From NCBI GenBank assembly GCA_022711155.1, contig JAKLFO010000002.1:1-39943 (forward strand): a stretch of DNA of 39,943 nt, in the 5' to 3' direction. The notes below the pieces were generated by a model, which had not been told where the DNA came from, did no database searches, and saw only the letters and a program-made list of their open reading frames with translations. The stretch comes from Candidatus Bipolaricaulota bacterium. GTDB lineage: Bacteria > Bipolaricaulota > Bipolaricaulia > UBA7950 > UBA9294. The translations under genes were made by a program, and so were the position numbers. Positions 15,765 through 23,128 of the stretch are shown piece by piece (positions within the stretch are counted from its first letter, which is position 1; each line of letters opens with the position of its first letter).

Positions 15765-17114
15765 TTACGGTGCGTCCTCGTTGTCCCGCTCGCGGCGGAG
15801 GAAGGTCGGCACGTCCAGGTTCGCGTCGCGAGAGACGCGCTCGCGGCGCACGTGCCGCTTCTCCTCGCGGCCCACGGCCTCCGCCGCCTGGAAACTCGCG
15901 GCGATGATCGTGATCTCGATCTCGCGCCCGGCGTCGGGGCGGACGACGGCCCCGAAGATCAGGTCGCACTCCGTCGCGGTCGCGCGCCGCACGTGATCCG
16001 CAGCCTGGGTCACCTCGCCCAGGGTCAGGTCCTCTCCGCCCGTCACGTTGAGGATCATCTTCCTCGCGCCGCGGATCGAGTCCCCCTCCAAGAGCGGATT
16101 CGTGCTGGCGGCCTTCGCCGCGGCCAGGGCTCGCCCCGGTCCGGAGGCGTGTCCCATGCCCATCATCGCTTCGCCGGCGTTGGCGAGCAGGCTTCGAATG
16201 TCGGCGAAGTCGAGGTTGATCATGCCTCGCACCGTGATGAGATCCGAGATCCCACGGACGCCCTGGTGCAGGATGCCGTCCGCCAGCTCAAACGCCTGGG
16301 TCATCGGCATTCCGCGCGCCGCCGTCTGGAGCAGGCGATCGTTCGACACGACAATCAGCACATCGGCCGCGGCGCGCAACGAAACGAACCCGCGCTCCGC
16401 GTTCGCCGTGCGCGTGGCCCCCTCGAAGGCGAAGGGGCGCGTCACGACGCCGATCGTGAGAGCGCCGGCTTCGCGCGCGATCTGCGCGATGACCGGAGTT
16501 GCGCCCGTCCCTGTCCCGCCGCCAAGCCCCGCCGTCACAAAGACGAGGTCCGTGTCATGCAGAAGCTTGGAGATCTCCCAGCGCGACTCTTCCGCCGCCC
16601 GCGCGCCCTTCTCGGGGCTGCCGCCGGTGCCGCGTCCCGCCGTGATGTCGACCCCAATCTGAAGCTCCTCGCGCGCCGCCGCCGCCTGGAGAACCTGCTT
16701 GTCCGTGTCGACTGCGACCAATCGGACTCCCGACAGGCGCTCTTCGCGCATCCGCGTGACGGCGTTGACGCCGCCCGCGCCCACGCCGAGCACGACGATG
16801 CGCGCGTGCCCTCCACGTTCCACGGCCTCGCCTCCCCTGGCTTGCTGGACCAGCGGCCGATCTCCCATGACGACTTCCCGATCGCCCAGGACCCGCTCGA
16901 CGACTTCCTGGATCTTGTCAAGCTTGCGAAGGCAGTACTCCTTACGGAAGTCGCTGTCAACCGCGATGTAGAACTGCACCCCGTCGTCGCTCACCGCGCC
17001 GGCATCGATCGGCAAGCAGGCGCGAAGCACGTGGTCCGCGATCCCGTCACGAATCGCCCGCCACGCTCCATGCAGAGGACTCTCGCGCGCCCCGTCCGAT
17101 CGCGTCTCGGCCAT
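15765..17114 (-). CDS. ftsZ: Cell division protein FtsZ with a ~100-aa N-terminal extension
   Basis: Motifs GVGAGGVNAV, the tubulin signature GLGGGTGTGATP, and the C-terminal peptide DVPTFLRR are present. ATG at 17114 has GGGAG 6 nt upstream and a promoter just beyond. The extension shows GC3-rich codon usage like the rest of the gene. Confidence 0.9.
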   Translation of the reverse strand: MAETRSDGARESPLHGAWRAIRDGIADHVLRACLPIDAGAVSDDGVQFYIAVDSDFRKEYCLRKLDKIQEVVERVLGDREVVMGDRPLVQQARGGEAVERGGHARIVVLGVGAGGVNAVTRMREERLSGVRLVAVDTDKQVLQAAAAREELQIGVDITAGRGTGGSPEKGARAAEESRWEISKLLHDTDLVFVTAGLGGGTGTGATPVIAQIAREAGALTIGVVTRPFAFEGATRTANAERGFVSLRAAADVLIVVSNDRLLQTAARGMPMTQAFELADGILHQGVRGISDLITVRGMINLDFADIRSLLANAGEAMMGMGHASGPGRALAAAKAASTNPLLEGDSIRGARKMILNVTGGEDLTLGEVTQAADHVRRATATECDLIFGAVVRPDAGREIEITIIAASFQAAEAVGREEKRHVRRERVSRDANLDVPTFLRRERDNEDAP

Positions 17115-17134
17115 CACGCACTCCCGATCGAGCC

Positions 17135-17163
17135 ATTCTGTACGCGAACCGGAGCCAAGTCAA
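17135..17163 (-). promoter_or_regulatory. Putative promoter for ftsZ: TTGACT, 17 nt, CAGAAT
   Basis: Reverse complement of 17158-17163 is TTGACT and of 17135-17140 is CAGAAT, with a 17-nt spacer. It lies 20 nt upstream of the ATG at 17114. Confidence 0.5.
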
Positions 17164-17308
17164 CGCGCCCGCGCCGGCCGGCGGCCGCGCGACGACCGGA
17201 AGAGAAGCACGCTCCGCCGGCAAGGGAAACGGGGGGCGTGAAGGAGCCGCAGCGCGGCCTAGTCCCTCCCCGCCGGGGAGAGAAGACCGCCCGTGGGGCC
17301 AAAGGCGA

Positions 17309-17330
17309 GAGCGGGAGACGACTCCCGCTC
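17309..17330 (-). terminator. Second hairpin downstream of rpmF (possible back-up terminator, weak U-tract)
   Basis: 9-bp stem gagcgggag / ctcccgctc with loop acga. On the minus strand it is followed by tcgcctttgg. Confidence 0.35.
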
Positions 17331-17363
17331 GGGCAAAAGAAAAGCGGGAGAGAACTCCCGCTT
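17331..17363 (-). terminator. Rho-independent terminator after rpmF
   Basis: The minus strand reads aagcgggag-ttct-ctcccgctt followed by ttcttttg. It begins 16 nt after the rpmF stop. Confidence 0.7.
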
Positions 17364-17379
17364 CAGGTCTCAGTCGACC

Positions 17380-17571
17380 CTATTCCGACGCTGGCTTCTG
17401 CGAGACGATCTCCATCCCGTTGTAGAAACCGCAGCTAGAGCAGACGCGGTGTGGAAGCTTCGGCTCGTGGCAATGCGGGCACTCCGTGGACGGCACCGGG
17501 TCCATCTTGCGCCAGTGATTGCGCCGCATGCGCACCTTGGATCGTGAAGTTCGATATTTCGGTACAGCCAT
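17380..17571 (-). CDS. rpmF: 50S ribosomal protein L32 (zinc-ribbon form)
   Basis: [17 protein letters not shown].. with CPHC...CSSC. AGGAGG lies upstream. Confidence 0.95.
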   Translation of the reverse strand: MAVPKYRTSRSKVRMRRNHWRKMDPVPSTECPHCHEPKLPHRVCSSCGFYNGMEIVSQKPASE

Positions 17572-17619
17572 TTCTCCTCCTGGGTGGAGACACCGCTCGA
17601 CTCGAGCGTGGAGCGAAGT

Positions 17620-18078
17620 CTACCCTTGCCGCTGGGGAGGCGCAAGCTCGAGGAGGAGCGTCACCGGTCCGTCGTTCACGAGATCGACCAGCATGTGCGC
17701 GCCGAAACGGCCTTCCCGCACGGTCGCGCCCTCCGCGCGCAACGCCGCGACGAAGGCGTCGAACAGCGGGCGCGCAACCTGCGGCGGCGCGGCGTCGGCG
17801 TAGCTCGGGCGCCGCCCCTTCCGCGCGTCACCGTACAGGGTGAACTGCGACACAGCCAGAATCTCGAGCCCAAGGTCGCGCAGCGACAGGTTCATCTTGC
17901 CCTCGGCGTCCGAGAAGACCCGAAGCTCGACCACCTTGCGCGCTGCGGCCGCCATGTCGAGCGGTCCGTCGTCCCCACCGATTCCCACGAGGAGCACGAG
18001 CCCGCGCTCGATGGACCCGACTTCTTCTCCGTCGACGCGCACCGAGGCGCGCAGGACGCGCTGGAGGACGATCCGCAC
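17620..18078 (-). CDS. dtd: D-aminoacyl-tRNA deacylase
   Basis: MRIVLQRV.. and SQFTLYGD are present, and the C-terminus carries NDGPVT. GTG start lies 1 nt after the upstream stop. Confidence 0.9.
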   Translation of the reverse strand: MRIVLQRVLRASVRVDGEEVGSIERGLVLLVGIGGDDGPLDMAAAARKVVELRVFSDAEGKMNLSLRDLGLEILAVSQFTLYGDARKGRRPSYADAAPPQVARPLFDAFVAALRAEGATVREGRFGAHMLVDLVNDGPVTLLLELAPPQRQG

Positions 18079-18079
18079 G

Positions 18080-18601
18080 CTACCCCGCGTCCTCGAGACG
18101 TTCGGCGTACTCGATCAGCTTCCGCATGCTGTCCTCATTGAGCGATGCCGCGCGGGAGAGGAGGAGCATCTCGAGGCGCTCGTGGGACATCTGCGCCTGA
18201 AGGTTGCGATGGAAGGCCTGTTCGACGAGCCGCGGCGCGCGGTGATGCGCGCGCTCGTCGACGAAGTTGACCCGCCACTGCGGCAGCTGGTTCAGAAGGG
18301 CGATCGCGCGCTCGATGAGGTGTTTGATGTGCGGCTCGCGCGTCTCGAACACGCCGTTGATGTGATTCGCCAGCCGCTGGTTGTCGGTGAAGAACACGAC
18401 GGACTGCGGCTTGTAGGCAATCACGCGCCGACACGCCTCGAGCAGCGCGCGGTACTCGGCGACCTCCGTCGTCGAGCGGCCGATCAGCTCGGAGATCTCC
18501 TCCACGACGTTCCCACGCGCATCCGTGATGGCCACGCCGATCCCGGCCTCGCCGGGCTCGGAGCGCGCACCTCCATCGACGTACACGAAGAGCTTGTCCA
18601 T
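18080..18601 (-). CDS. RNase H-like (type 1 / archaeal-type RNase HI fold) protein with a C-terminal helical extension
   Basis: VYVDGGAR (Asp), EVAEYRALLEA (Glu) and FFTDNQ (Asp) are present. The expected C-terminal N..AD.LA reads HHRAPRLV. The ATG lies 4 nt after the tRNA 3' end. Confidence 0.65.
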   Translation of the reverse strand: MDKLFVYVDGGARSEPGEAGIGVAITDARGNVVEEISELIGRSTTEVAEYRALLEACRRVIAYKPQSVVFFTDNQRLANHINGVFETREPHIKHLIERAIALLNQLPQWRVNFVDERAHHRAPRLVEQAFHRNLQAQMSHERLEMLLLSRAASLNEDSMRKLIEYAERLEDAG

Positions 18602-18605
18602 GCTG

Positions 18606-18677
18606 TGGGTCCACCAGGCTTCGAACCTGGGACCAACCGGTTATGAGCCGGCTGCTCTGCCTCTGAGCTATGGACCC
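18606..18677 (-). tRNA. tRNA with CAU anticodon (elongator tRNA-Met, or tRNA-Ile2 if lysidinylated); CCA not encoded
   Basis: Folded by hand on the minus strand: acceptor GGGTCCA/TGGACCC, D stem GCTC/GAGC, anticodon stem GCCGG/CCGGT with loop CTCATAA, variable TGGTC, T arm CCAGG-TTCGAAG-CCTGG, discriminator A. Total 72 nt. It lacks the three G-C pairs expected in an initiator anticodon stem. Confidence 0.9.
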
Positions 18678-18690
18678 GCCTCGTGCACGG

Positions 18691-18720
18691 AATATACGTA
18701 CGCGTCTGGACTTCTGTCAA
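18691..18720 (-). promoter_or_regulatory. Putative promoter for the tRNA: TTGACA, 18 nt, TATATT
   Basis: Reverse complement of 18715-18720 is TTGACA, which overlaps the stop of the upstream nitroreductase gene. Reverse complement of 18691-18696 is TATATT. The tRNA 5' end lies 13 nt downstream of the -10. Confidence 0.55.
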
Positions 18721-19508
18721 GCAGGCGAACTCCCGCCCTCTCGTCGCTCCGGCACCCGGCCGACCTCGAAGCCGCAGGCGCGCAACGGGCCGAGGAGGTC
18801 TTCGGCGTCGGCCAGCCACTGGCCCCACTTGCGCCCCATGTGTTCGGTCCACGAGTAGGTGTGGCGCGAGTACGTCTCGCGTCGCCCGCCGTCGAGAGGG
18901 ATCACGTAGTCACGGTAGTAGTCCTGCGCCAGATACCCCTCGTCCATGGCGGCCATCGCGCGCTCGACGTCGGCCTCGCTCGGCTCGCGGTAGCGGTCCT
19001 CATGGAGGGTGAACGAGAGGGGATAGCGCGGCCGCGGACGCGGGCGCGACGCCGGGTAACCCATAGCGAGCTGCACGAACGGGAAGACGCGCGGCGGGAG
19101 TCCGTAGTCGGCGCGGATCTCCTCCGCCGCGAACGCGGCCCCTCCTAGGTAACAGCTTCCCAGACCGAGGATCTCCCCCGCGATCACAAGGTTCTCCGCC
19201 ATGTACGCCGCATCCTGGATCGCGAAGAGGAGGACGGCTGCATCGCTCGTGATGCGCGTCCAGCCGCGCCTCTCGAGGACGCGCTCGAGTCGGTGCACGT
19301 CGGCGCAGACGGTGAACAAGAGAGGGGCCCCGAAGGGGTTCCGCTCCCTGTCCCTGCGCAGGAGGAGGCTCCCGAGTTGCGCGGCGAACGGGGCCTGTTG
19401 TCCGGCGCGCACGACCGCCTCGACGGTCTCGCGCGTCGGCTCTTGCTCGGTGTACTCGCGCACCGAGGCGCGCTCCATCAAGACTCCGACCATCCCTTCA
19501 CGATCCAT
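18717..19508 (-). CDS. Nitroreductase-family protein with a ~100-aa C-terminal extension
   Basis: RASVREYT is an N-terminal nitroreductase-type motif and there is a GSCYLGG region. ATG at 19508 follows GGGAGGG. Confidence 0.65.
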   Translation of the reverse strand: MDREGMVGVLMERASVREYTEQEPTRETVEAVVRAGQQAPFAAQLGSLLLRRDRERNPFGAPLLFTVCADVHRLERVLERRGWTRITSDAAVLLFAIQDAAYMAENLVIAGEILGLGSCYLGGAAFAAEEIRADYGLPPRVFPFVQLAMGYPASRPRPRPRYPLSFTLHEDRYREPSEADVERAMAAMDEGYLAQDYYRDYVIPLDGGRRETYSRHTYSWTEHMGRKWGQWLADAEDLLGPLRACGFEVGRVPERREGGSSPA

Positions 19509-19605
19509 GCCATCCCTCCCGCCGCCGCAGCGGATGGACGAGCATAGCCTTTCGCGCGCCGGCCCGTCAGGGTATGCTCGCCCGCCGGGCGGAGGTGGAG
19601 CTGGA

Positions 19606-21000
19606 ATGGAGAGGATCCTCGAGGACCTGGTCGGACGCTCGTCCGACTGGCTCGAAGCGCGCTACCAGGAGCGCCGGTCCCTGACGCTGTCCGTGCGCAA
19701 CGGCCACTTCGAGCAATGTTCGAGCGTCCGGACGCGTGGAGTCGGTCTGCGCGCACTCGCCGCGAGCGCGTTCGGATTCGCCAGCACGACGGACTTGTCG
19801 AAGCGGGGCCTCGCAGATGCGGCCCGGGCCGCCGGAAAGCTGGCGGCGGCTGCCGCCGCGGAGACGCACCGCCCGCCCGTCCGGCTCGCTCCGGTGCCGC
19901 CGGCTCGCGGCGTCTTCCGCGTGCAGACCGCTGACCCGGTCGACGCGCACTCGCTCGAGGAGAAGATCGAACTCGTCCTGCACCTCGACGCGCGGGCCCG
20001 CCGCGCGTCCGCGCGCATCACGGCGTCGTCGGTAACCTACTCGGAGACGTGCGAGGACCGGATCCTCGCGACAACCGAGGGAACGCTCGTGCGCGTGATC
20101 GACGCCAAGCCGAGCCTCCGCATCCTCGCGGTCGCCGCCTCTCACGGCGAGCAGGCGATGGGCGTGCAGACGGCCGGCGTGAGCGGCGGCTGGAGCGAAC
20201 TCGCGAACGCTCGCAGTCCCGAGGCTCTCGTCGACGAGGCCGTGCGCGTCGCCGTCGATCAGCTATCCGCGCCGCACGCGCCGGGAGGCGTCGCCACCGT
20301 CGTCTTGGATCCGGAACTCGTCGGCACGCTGTGCCACGAGGCGATCGGACACACCGTCGAGGCGGACATCGTCTTGGGAGGGGCCGTCACGGCAGGGAGA
20401 CTCGGCACCCGCGTCGCGTCGGACCTGGTGACCATGGTGGATTCGGGCCTTCCCCCCAGCGGACCCTACGTTGTCGGCTGGCTGCCGATCGACGACGAGG
20501 GCACACCGGCGACGCGCACGGCCCTGATCGAGCGCGGCATCCTTCGTTCGTACCTGCACAACCGGGAGACCGCGTCCCACTTCGGAGCGGCTCCGACGGG
20601 GAACGCGCGAGCGTTCCTGTACAGCGACGAGCCGATCATCCGCATGACGAACACGTACATCGAGCGCGGGGAGACCCCGGTCGACGAGATGCTCGCGGGC
20701 ATCGAGTCAGGCTACTACCTGCGCGGGTTCGCGATGAGCGGGCAGGCTGACTCCAGCGCGGAGTTCATGTTCGGCGTGCGCGAGGCCACGCGCATCGAGC
20801 GCGGTCGCAGCGCAGGGCTCGTGAAGGGCATCACGATCTCCGGCAACGCCTTCGACGTGCTGCAGTCCGTCGACGCGGTGGGCAACGACTTCGCCTGGGA
20901 GAACGGCGCGGGATTCTGCGGCAAGGGCCAGCCGGCCAAGGTGGACGCCGGCGGCCCCCACCTCCGCTGCCGCATCACGTTAGGAGGGCTCCAGCCATGA
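19606..21000 (+). CDS. tldD: Metalloprotease TldD (peptidase U62)
   Basis: ATG at 19606 follows GGAGGTGGAG. The HEAIGHTVEAD zinc motif is present. The track ORF 19201..21000 N-terminal part is antisense to the nitroreductase gene. Confidence 0.9.
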   Translation: MERILEDLVGRSSDWLEARYQERRSLTLSVRNGHFEQCSSVRTRGVGLRALAASAFGFASTTDLSKRGLADAARAAGKLAAAAAAETHRPPVRLAPVPPARGVFRVQTADPVDAHSLEEKIELVLHLDARARRASARITASSVTYSETCEDRILATTEGTLVRVIDAKPSLRILAVAASHGEQAMGVQTAGVSGGWSELANARSPEALVDEAVRVAVDQLSAPHAPGGVATVVLDPELVGTLCHEAIGHTVEADIVLGGAVTAGRLGTRVASDLVTMVDSGLPPSGPYVVGWLPIDDEGTPATRTALIERGILRSYLHNRETASHFGAAPTGNARAFLYSDEPIIRMTNTYIERGETPVDEMLAGIESGYYLRGFAMSGQADSSAEFMFGVREATRIERGRSAGLVKGITISGNAFDVLQSVDAVGNDFAWENGAGFCGKGQPAKVDAGGPHLRCRITLGGLQP

Positions 21001-22331
21001 GCGACCACGCTTGGCTCGAGATGTGTCTCGAGGGCTGCGCCGCAGCGCGTGCTGCGGGGGCGACCGAGGCCGAGGTGTTCGCGCAGCACGCGGTGGAGAC
21101 GTCCGTCACGATCGAGAAGGGCGACCTTCAGCTCGCCCGCTCGAGCACCGAGTCGACGTTCGGAGTGCGCGCACTCGTCGGCGATCAGCTCGGGTTCGCG
21201 AGCACGAACGCGGCGAGCGACTTGGCCGCCGCGTGCCGGGACGCCGTGATCCTCGCCCGGTCCGCTCCGGGCGATCCGCACAACCGCCTCCCGGAGCCTC
21301 GCCGCGCCGAGCCGGTCGCCGGCCTCGACGACCCGAACTGGGAGGAGTTCACGGCCGCGGATGCCGTTCGGTGCGCGGTCGAGATGCTGCGTGTCTCCGC
21401 CGCGTTCGACAAGAGAGTCATCGTCGGAGACGCCGGCGTCTCTTCCGTGCGCCTGACGCGCGCCATCGCCAACACGCGCGGCGCCGCGGCCGCGGAAACC
21501 GTCAGTCTCTTCAGCCACCACATCCTCGTCACGGCGCGAGAGGACGAGCGGGTATCGAGCATGGACTTCCAGTACGGCGCCTCTCGACGCGCGAGAGAGA
21601 TCGACGTCGCGCCGACGGTGATCCTCGCCTGTCGCAACGCGGTGGACTCCCTCGGCACGGGCAAGGGCCGCACGTTCCGGGGGGTCGTCATCCTCTCACC
21701 GAGCGCCGCGCTCGAGATTCTCGTGTCCCCCCTCCTCTTTCAGGTGAACGCCCGGAACGTCCTGCGCGGCCTCTCGCGCTGGGACGGATCGCTCGGAGCG
21801 GAGATCGCCGCACCGACCGTGTCCGTCGCCGACGACGGCACTGCGCCCGGCGGCATCGCGAGCTCGTCGTTCGACCGCGAGGGCACCCCGCGGGCGCCGC
21901 TCACGCTCATCGAGCGAGGTCGCCTCGCCTCCTTCCTTCACAACGCGTACTCGAGTTCGGCGTCGACCGCCCCCAACACGGGGCACGCGGCGGGGCCGGC
22001 GAGTTCTCCCCCGATGATCGGCCCGACGAACCTCACGTTCGCCCCCGGCGCGCCATCGCTCGAGGAGCAGATCGCGGACACCGAGCTGGGCCTCCTCGTG
22101 GGCCGCTTCTCGGGGAACGTGGACCCGATCTCCGGCGACTTCTCGGGGGTCGCCAAGGCGGCGCACCTGGTGCAGCGCGGGCGGCGCGCCGCGGTCTCGG
22201 AAACTCTCGTCGCGGGCAACGTGTTCGACGCGCTGCGAGCCGTCCTCGACACGTCGAGCGACGTGCAACGGATCTTCGGGTTTGCCCTGCCCTATGTGCG
22301 CCTCGACGGGATCTCCGTGACCGCCGGCTGA
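20997..22331 (+). CDS. pmbA: TldE/PmbA (peptidase U62 partner subunit)
   Basis: It is paired with tldD by an ATGA overlap at 20997-21000. It has a PmbA/TldD-fold C-terminus (GLLVGRFSGNVDPISGDFSG) and lacks the HExxxH motif. Confidence 0.85.
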   Translation: MSDHAWLEMCLEGCAAARAAGATEAEVFAQHAVETSVTIEKGDLQLARSSTESTFGVRALVGDQLGFASTNAASDLAAACRDAVILARSAPGDPHNRLPEPRRAEPVAGLDDPNWEEFTAADAVRCAVEMLRVSAAFDKRVIVGDAGVSSVRLTRAIANTRGAAAAETVSLFSHHILVTAREDERVSSMDFQYGASRRAREIDVAPTVILACRNAVDSLGTGKGRTFRGVVILSPSAALEILVSPLLFQVNARNVLRGLSRWDGSLGAEIAAPTVSVADDGTAPGGIASSSFDREGTPRAPLTLIERGRLASFLHNAYSSSASTAPNTGHAAGPASSPPMIGPTNLTFAPGAPSLEEQIADTELGLLVGRFSGNVDPISGDFSGVAKAAHLVQRGRRAAVSETLVAGNVFDALRAVLDTSSDVQRIFGFALPYVRLDGISVTAG

Positions 22332-22345
22332 CTTCGCGCGGAAGA

Positions 22346-23008
22346 CTAGGGCGCGATGGGCGCGGGCGGGGCCGGCGGCGTCGGCCCCACAAGCTCGACA
22401 GGCGCCGAGGCTGCCCCGTCGACCGCGGGAAGGTCGATCGGCTCAAGCCCTATCGGAGCCGACGAGTCGAGCGGCGCGAGTTCGAGCGCGCGGAACCCGC
22501 CCTCGATCCGCGCCATCCCCTCTTCCACGCGCGCTGGCAGATCGACGGCCGCGGCGCGCCGACTCCACAGCACGAGCGCCGAGTCGCCCAAGAGGAGAAC
22601 GACGGCTCTCGATGTGCGCCCTTCGGCGTCCGGCGCGAGGACGAGCACGGCGCCGTCTCGCCCACCGCCGACCGGCGACGACGAGACAGCGGCCGGCAGC
22701 GCGCAGGACGAGCACGGGTCGATCGCCTCCCACGCGGCGGCGACGGCTTCGTCGGCCGACTTCGCGACCACGCGCACCGCCCAGGCCTCGATCCCGGCCA
22801 CGGGGGGGAGGAAGACGCCGGCGGCATCGGTCGGCTGGAACGCCCATCCTGCCGGCAGCGGGAACGAGACTCCGCGTAGGTCGTCGACCGTCTCGACATC
22901 GCCCGCCCGTTCGACCTGCATCATCCGATCCGGCGGCAGGTAGACGACGCCGTAGGCGAAGAGAATGATCCCGACCCAGATGCCGACCAAGAACAGCGCG
23001 TTCTTCAT
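22346..23008 (-). CDS. Hypothetical N-terminally anchored protein (220 aa)
   Basis: MKNALFLVGIWVGIILFAYGVVYL is a TM helix. GGAGGTG lies 5 nt upstream and a TAGAAT promoter lies beyond it. No motif is recognised. The tail is Pro/Ala-rich. Confidence 0.55.
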   Translation of the reverse strand: MKNALFLVGIWVGIILFAYGVVYLPPDRMMQVERAGDVETVDDLRGVSFPLPAGWAFQPTDAAGVFLPPVAGIEAWAVRVVAKSADEAVAAAWEAIDPCSSCALPAAVSSSPVGGGRDGAVLVLAPDAEGRTSRAVVLLLGDSALVLWSRRAAAVDLPARVEEGMARIEGGFRALELAPLDSSAPIGLEPIDLPAVDGAASAPVELVGPTPPAPPAPIAP

Positions 23009-23043
23009 GCTCGCACCTCCGAAGCTGTCTTCATCCCCGCGCC

Positions 23044-23072
23044 ATTCTATGGAAGCGGCGCACCGCGGCCAA
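23044..23072 (-). promoter_or_regulatory. Putative promoter for the 220-aa gene: TTGGCC, 17 nt, TAGAAT
   Basis: Reverse complement of 23067-23072 is TTGGCC and of 23044-23049 is TAGAAT, with a 17-nt spacer. Confidence 0.45.
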
Positions 23073-23082
23073 GTGCTGCGAG

Positions 23083-23111
23083 TTGCCGCTCCCCCGGCTC
23101 CTCCCTACAAT
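23083..23111 (+). promoter_or_regulatory. Putative promoter for the CDP-alcohol phosphatidyltransferase-like gene: TTGCCG, 17 nt, TACAAT
   Basis: TTGCCG at 23083-23088 and TACAAT at 23106-23111, with a 17-nt spacer. The ATG lies 17 nt downstream. Confidence 0.45.
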
Positions 23112-23128
23112 CGAACGCGGGTGACGAG

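Noticed and set aside
15765-17114. ftsZ as part of a conventional dcw (division/cell wall) cluster.
   Set aside because: No ftsA, ftsQ, mur, ddl or sepF genes flank it. Upstream are the rpmF terminators and a dedicated promoter, and downstream is the atypical response regulator.
18606-18677. tRNA gene as an integration site for a genomic island or prophage.
   Set aside because: There is no integrase, no direct repeat of the tRNA 3' end, and no compositional shift nearby. Flanking genes are housekeeping (dtd, rpmF, nitroreductase, tldD).
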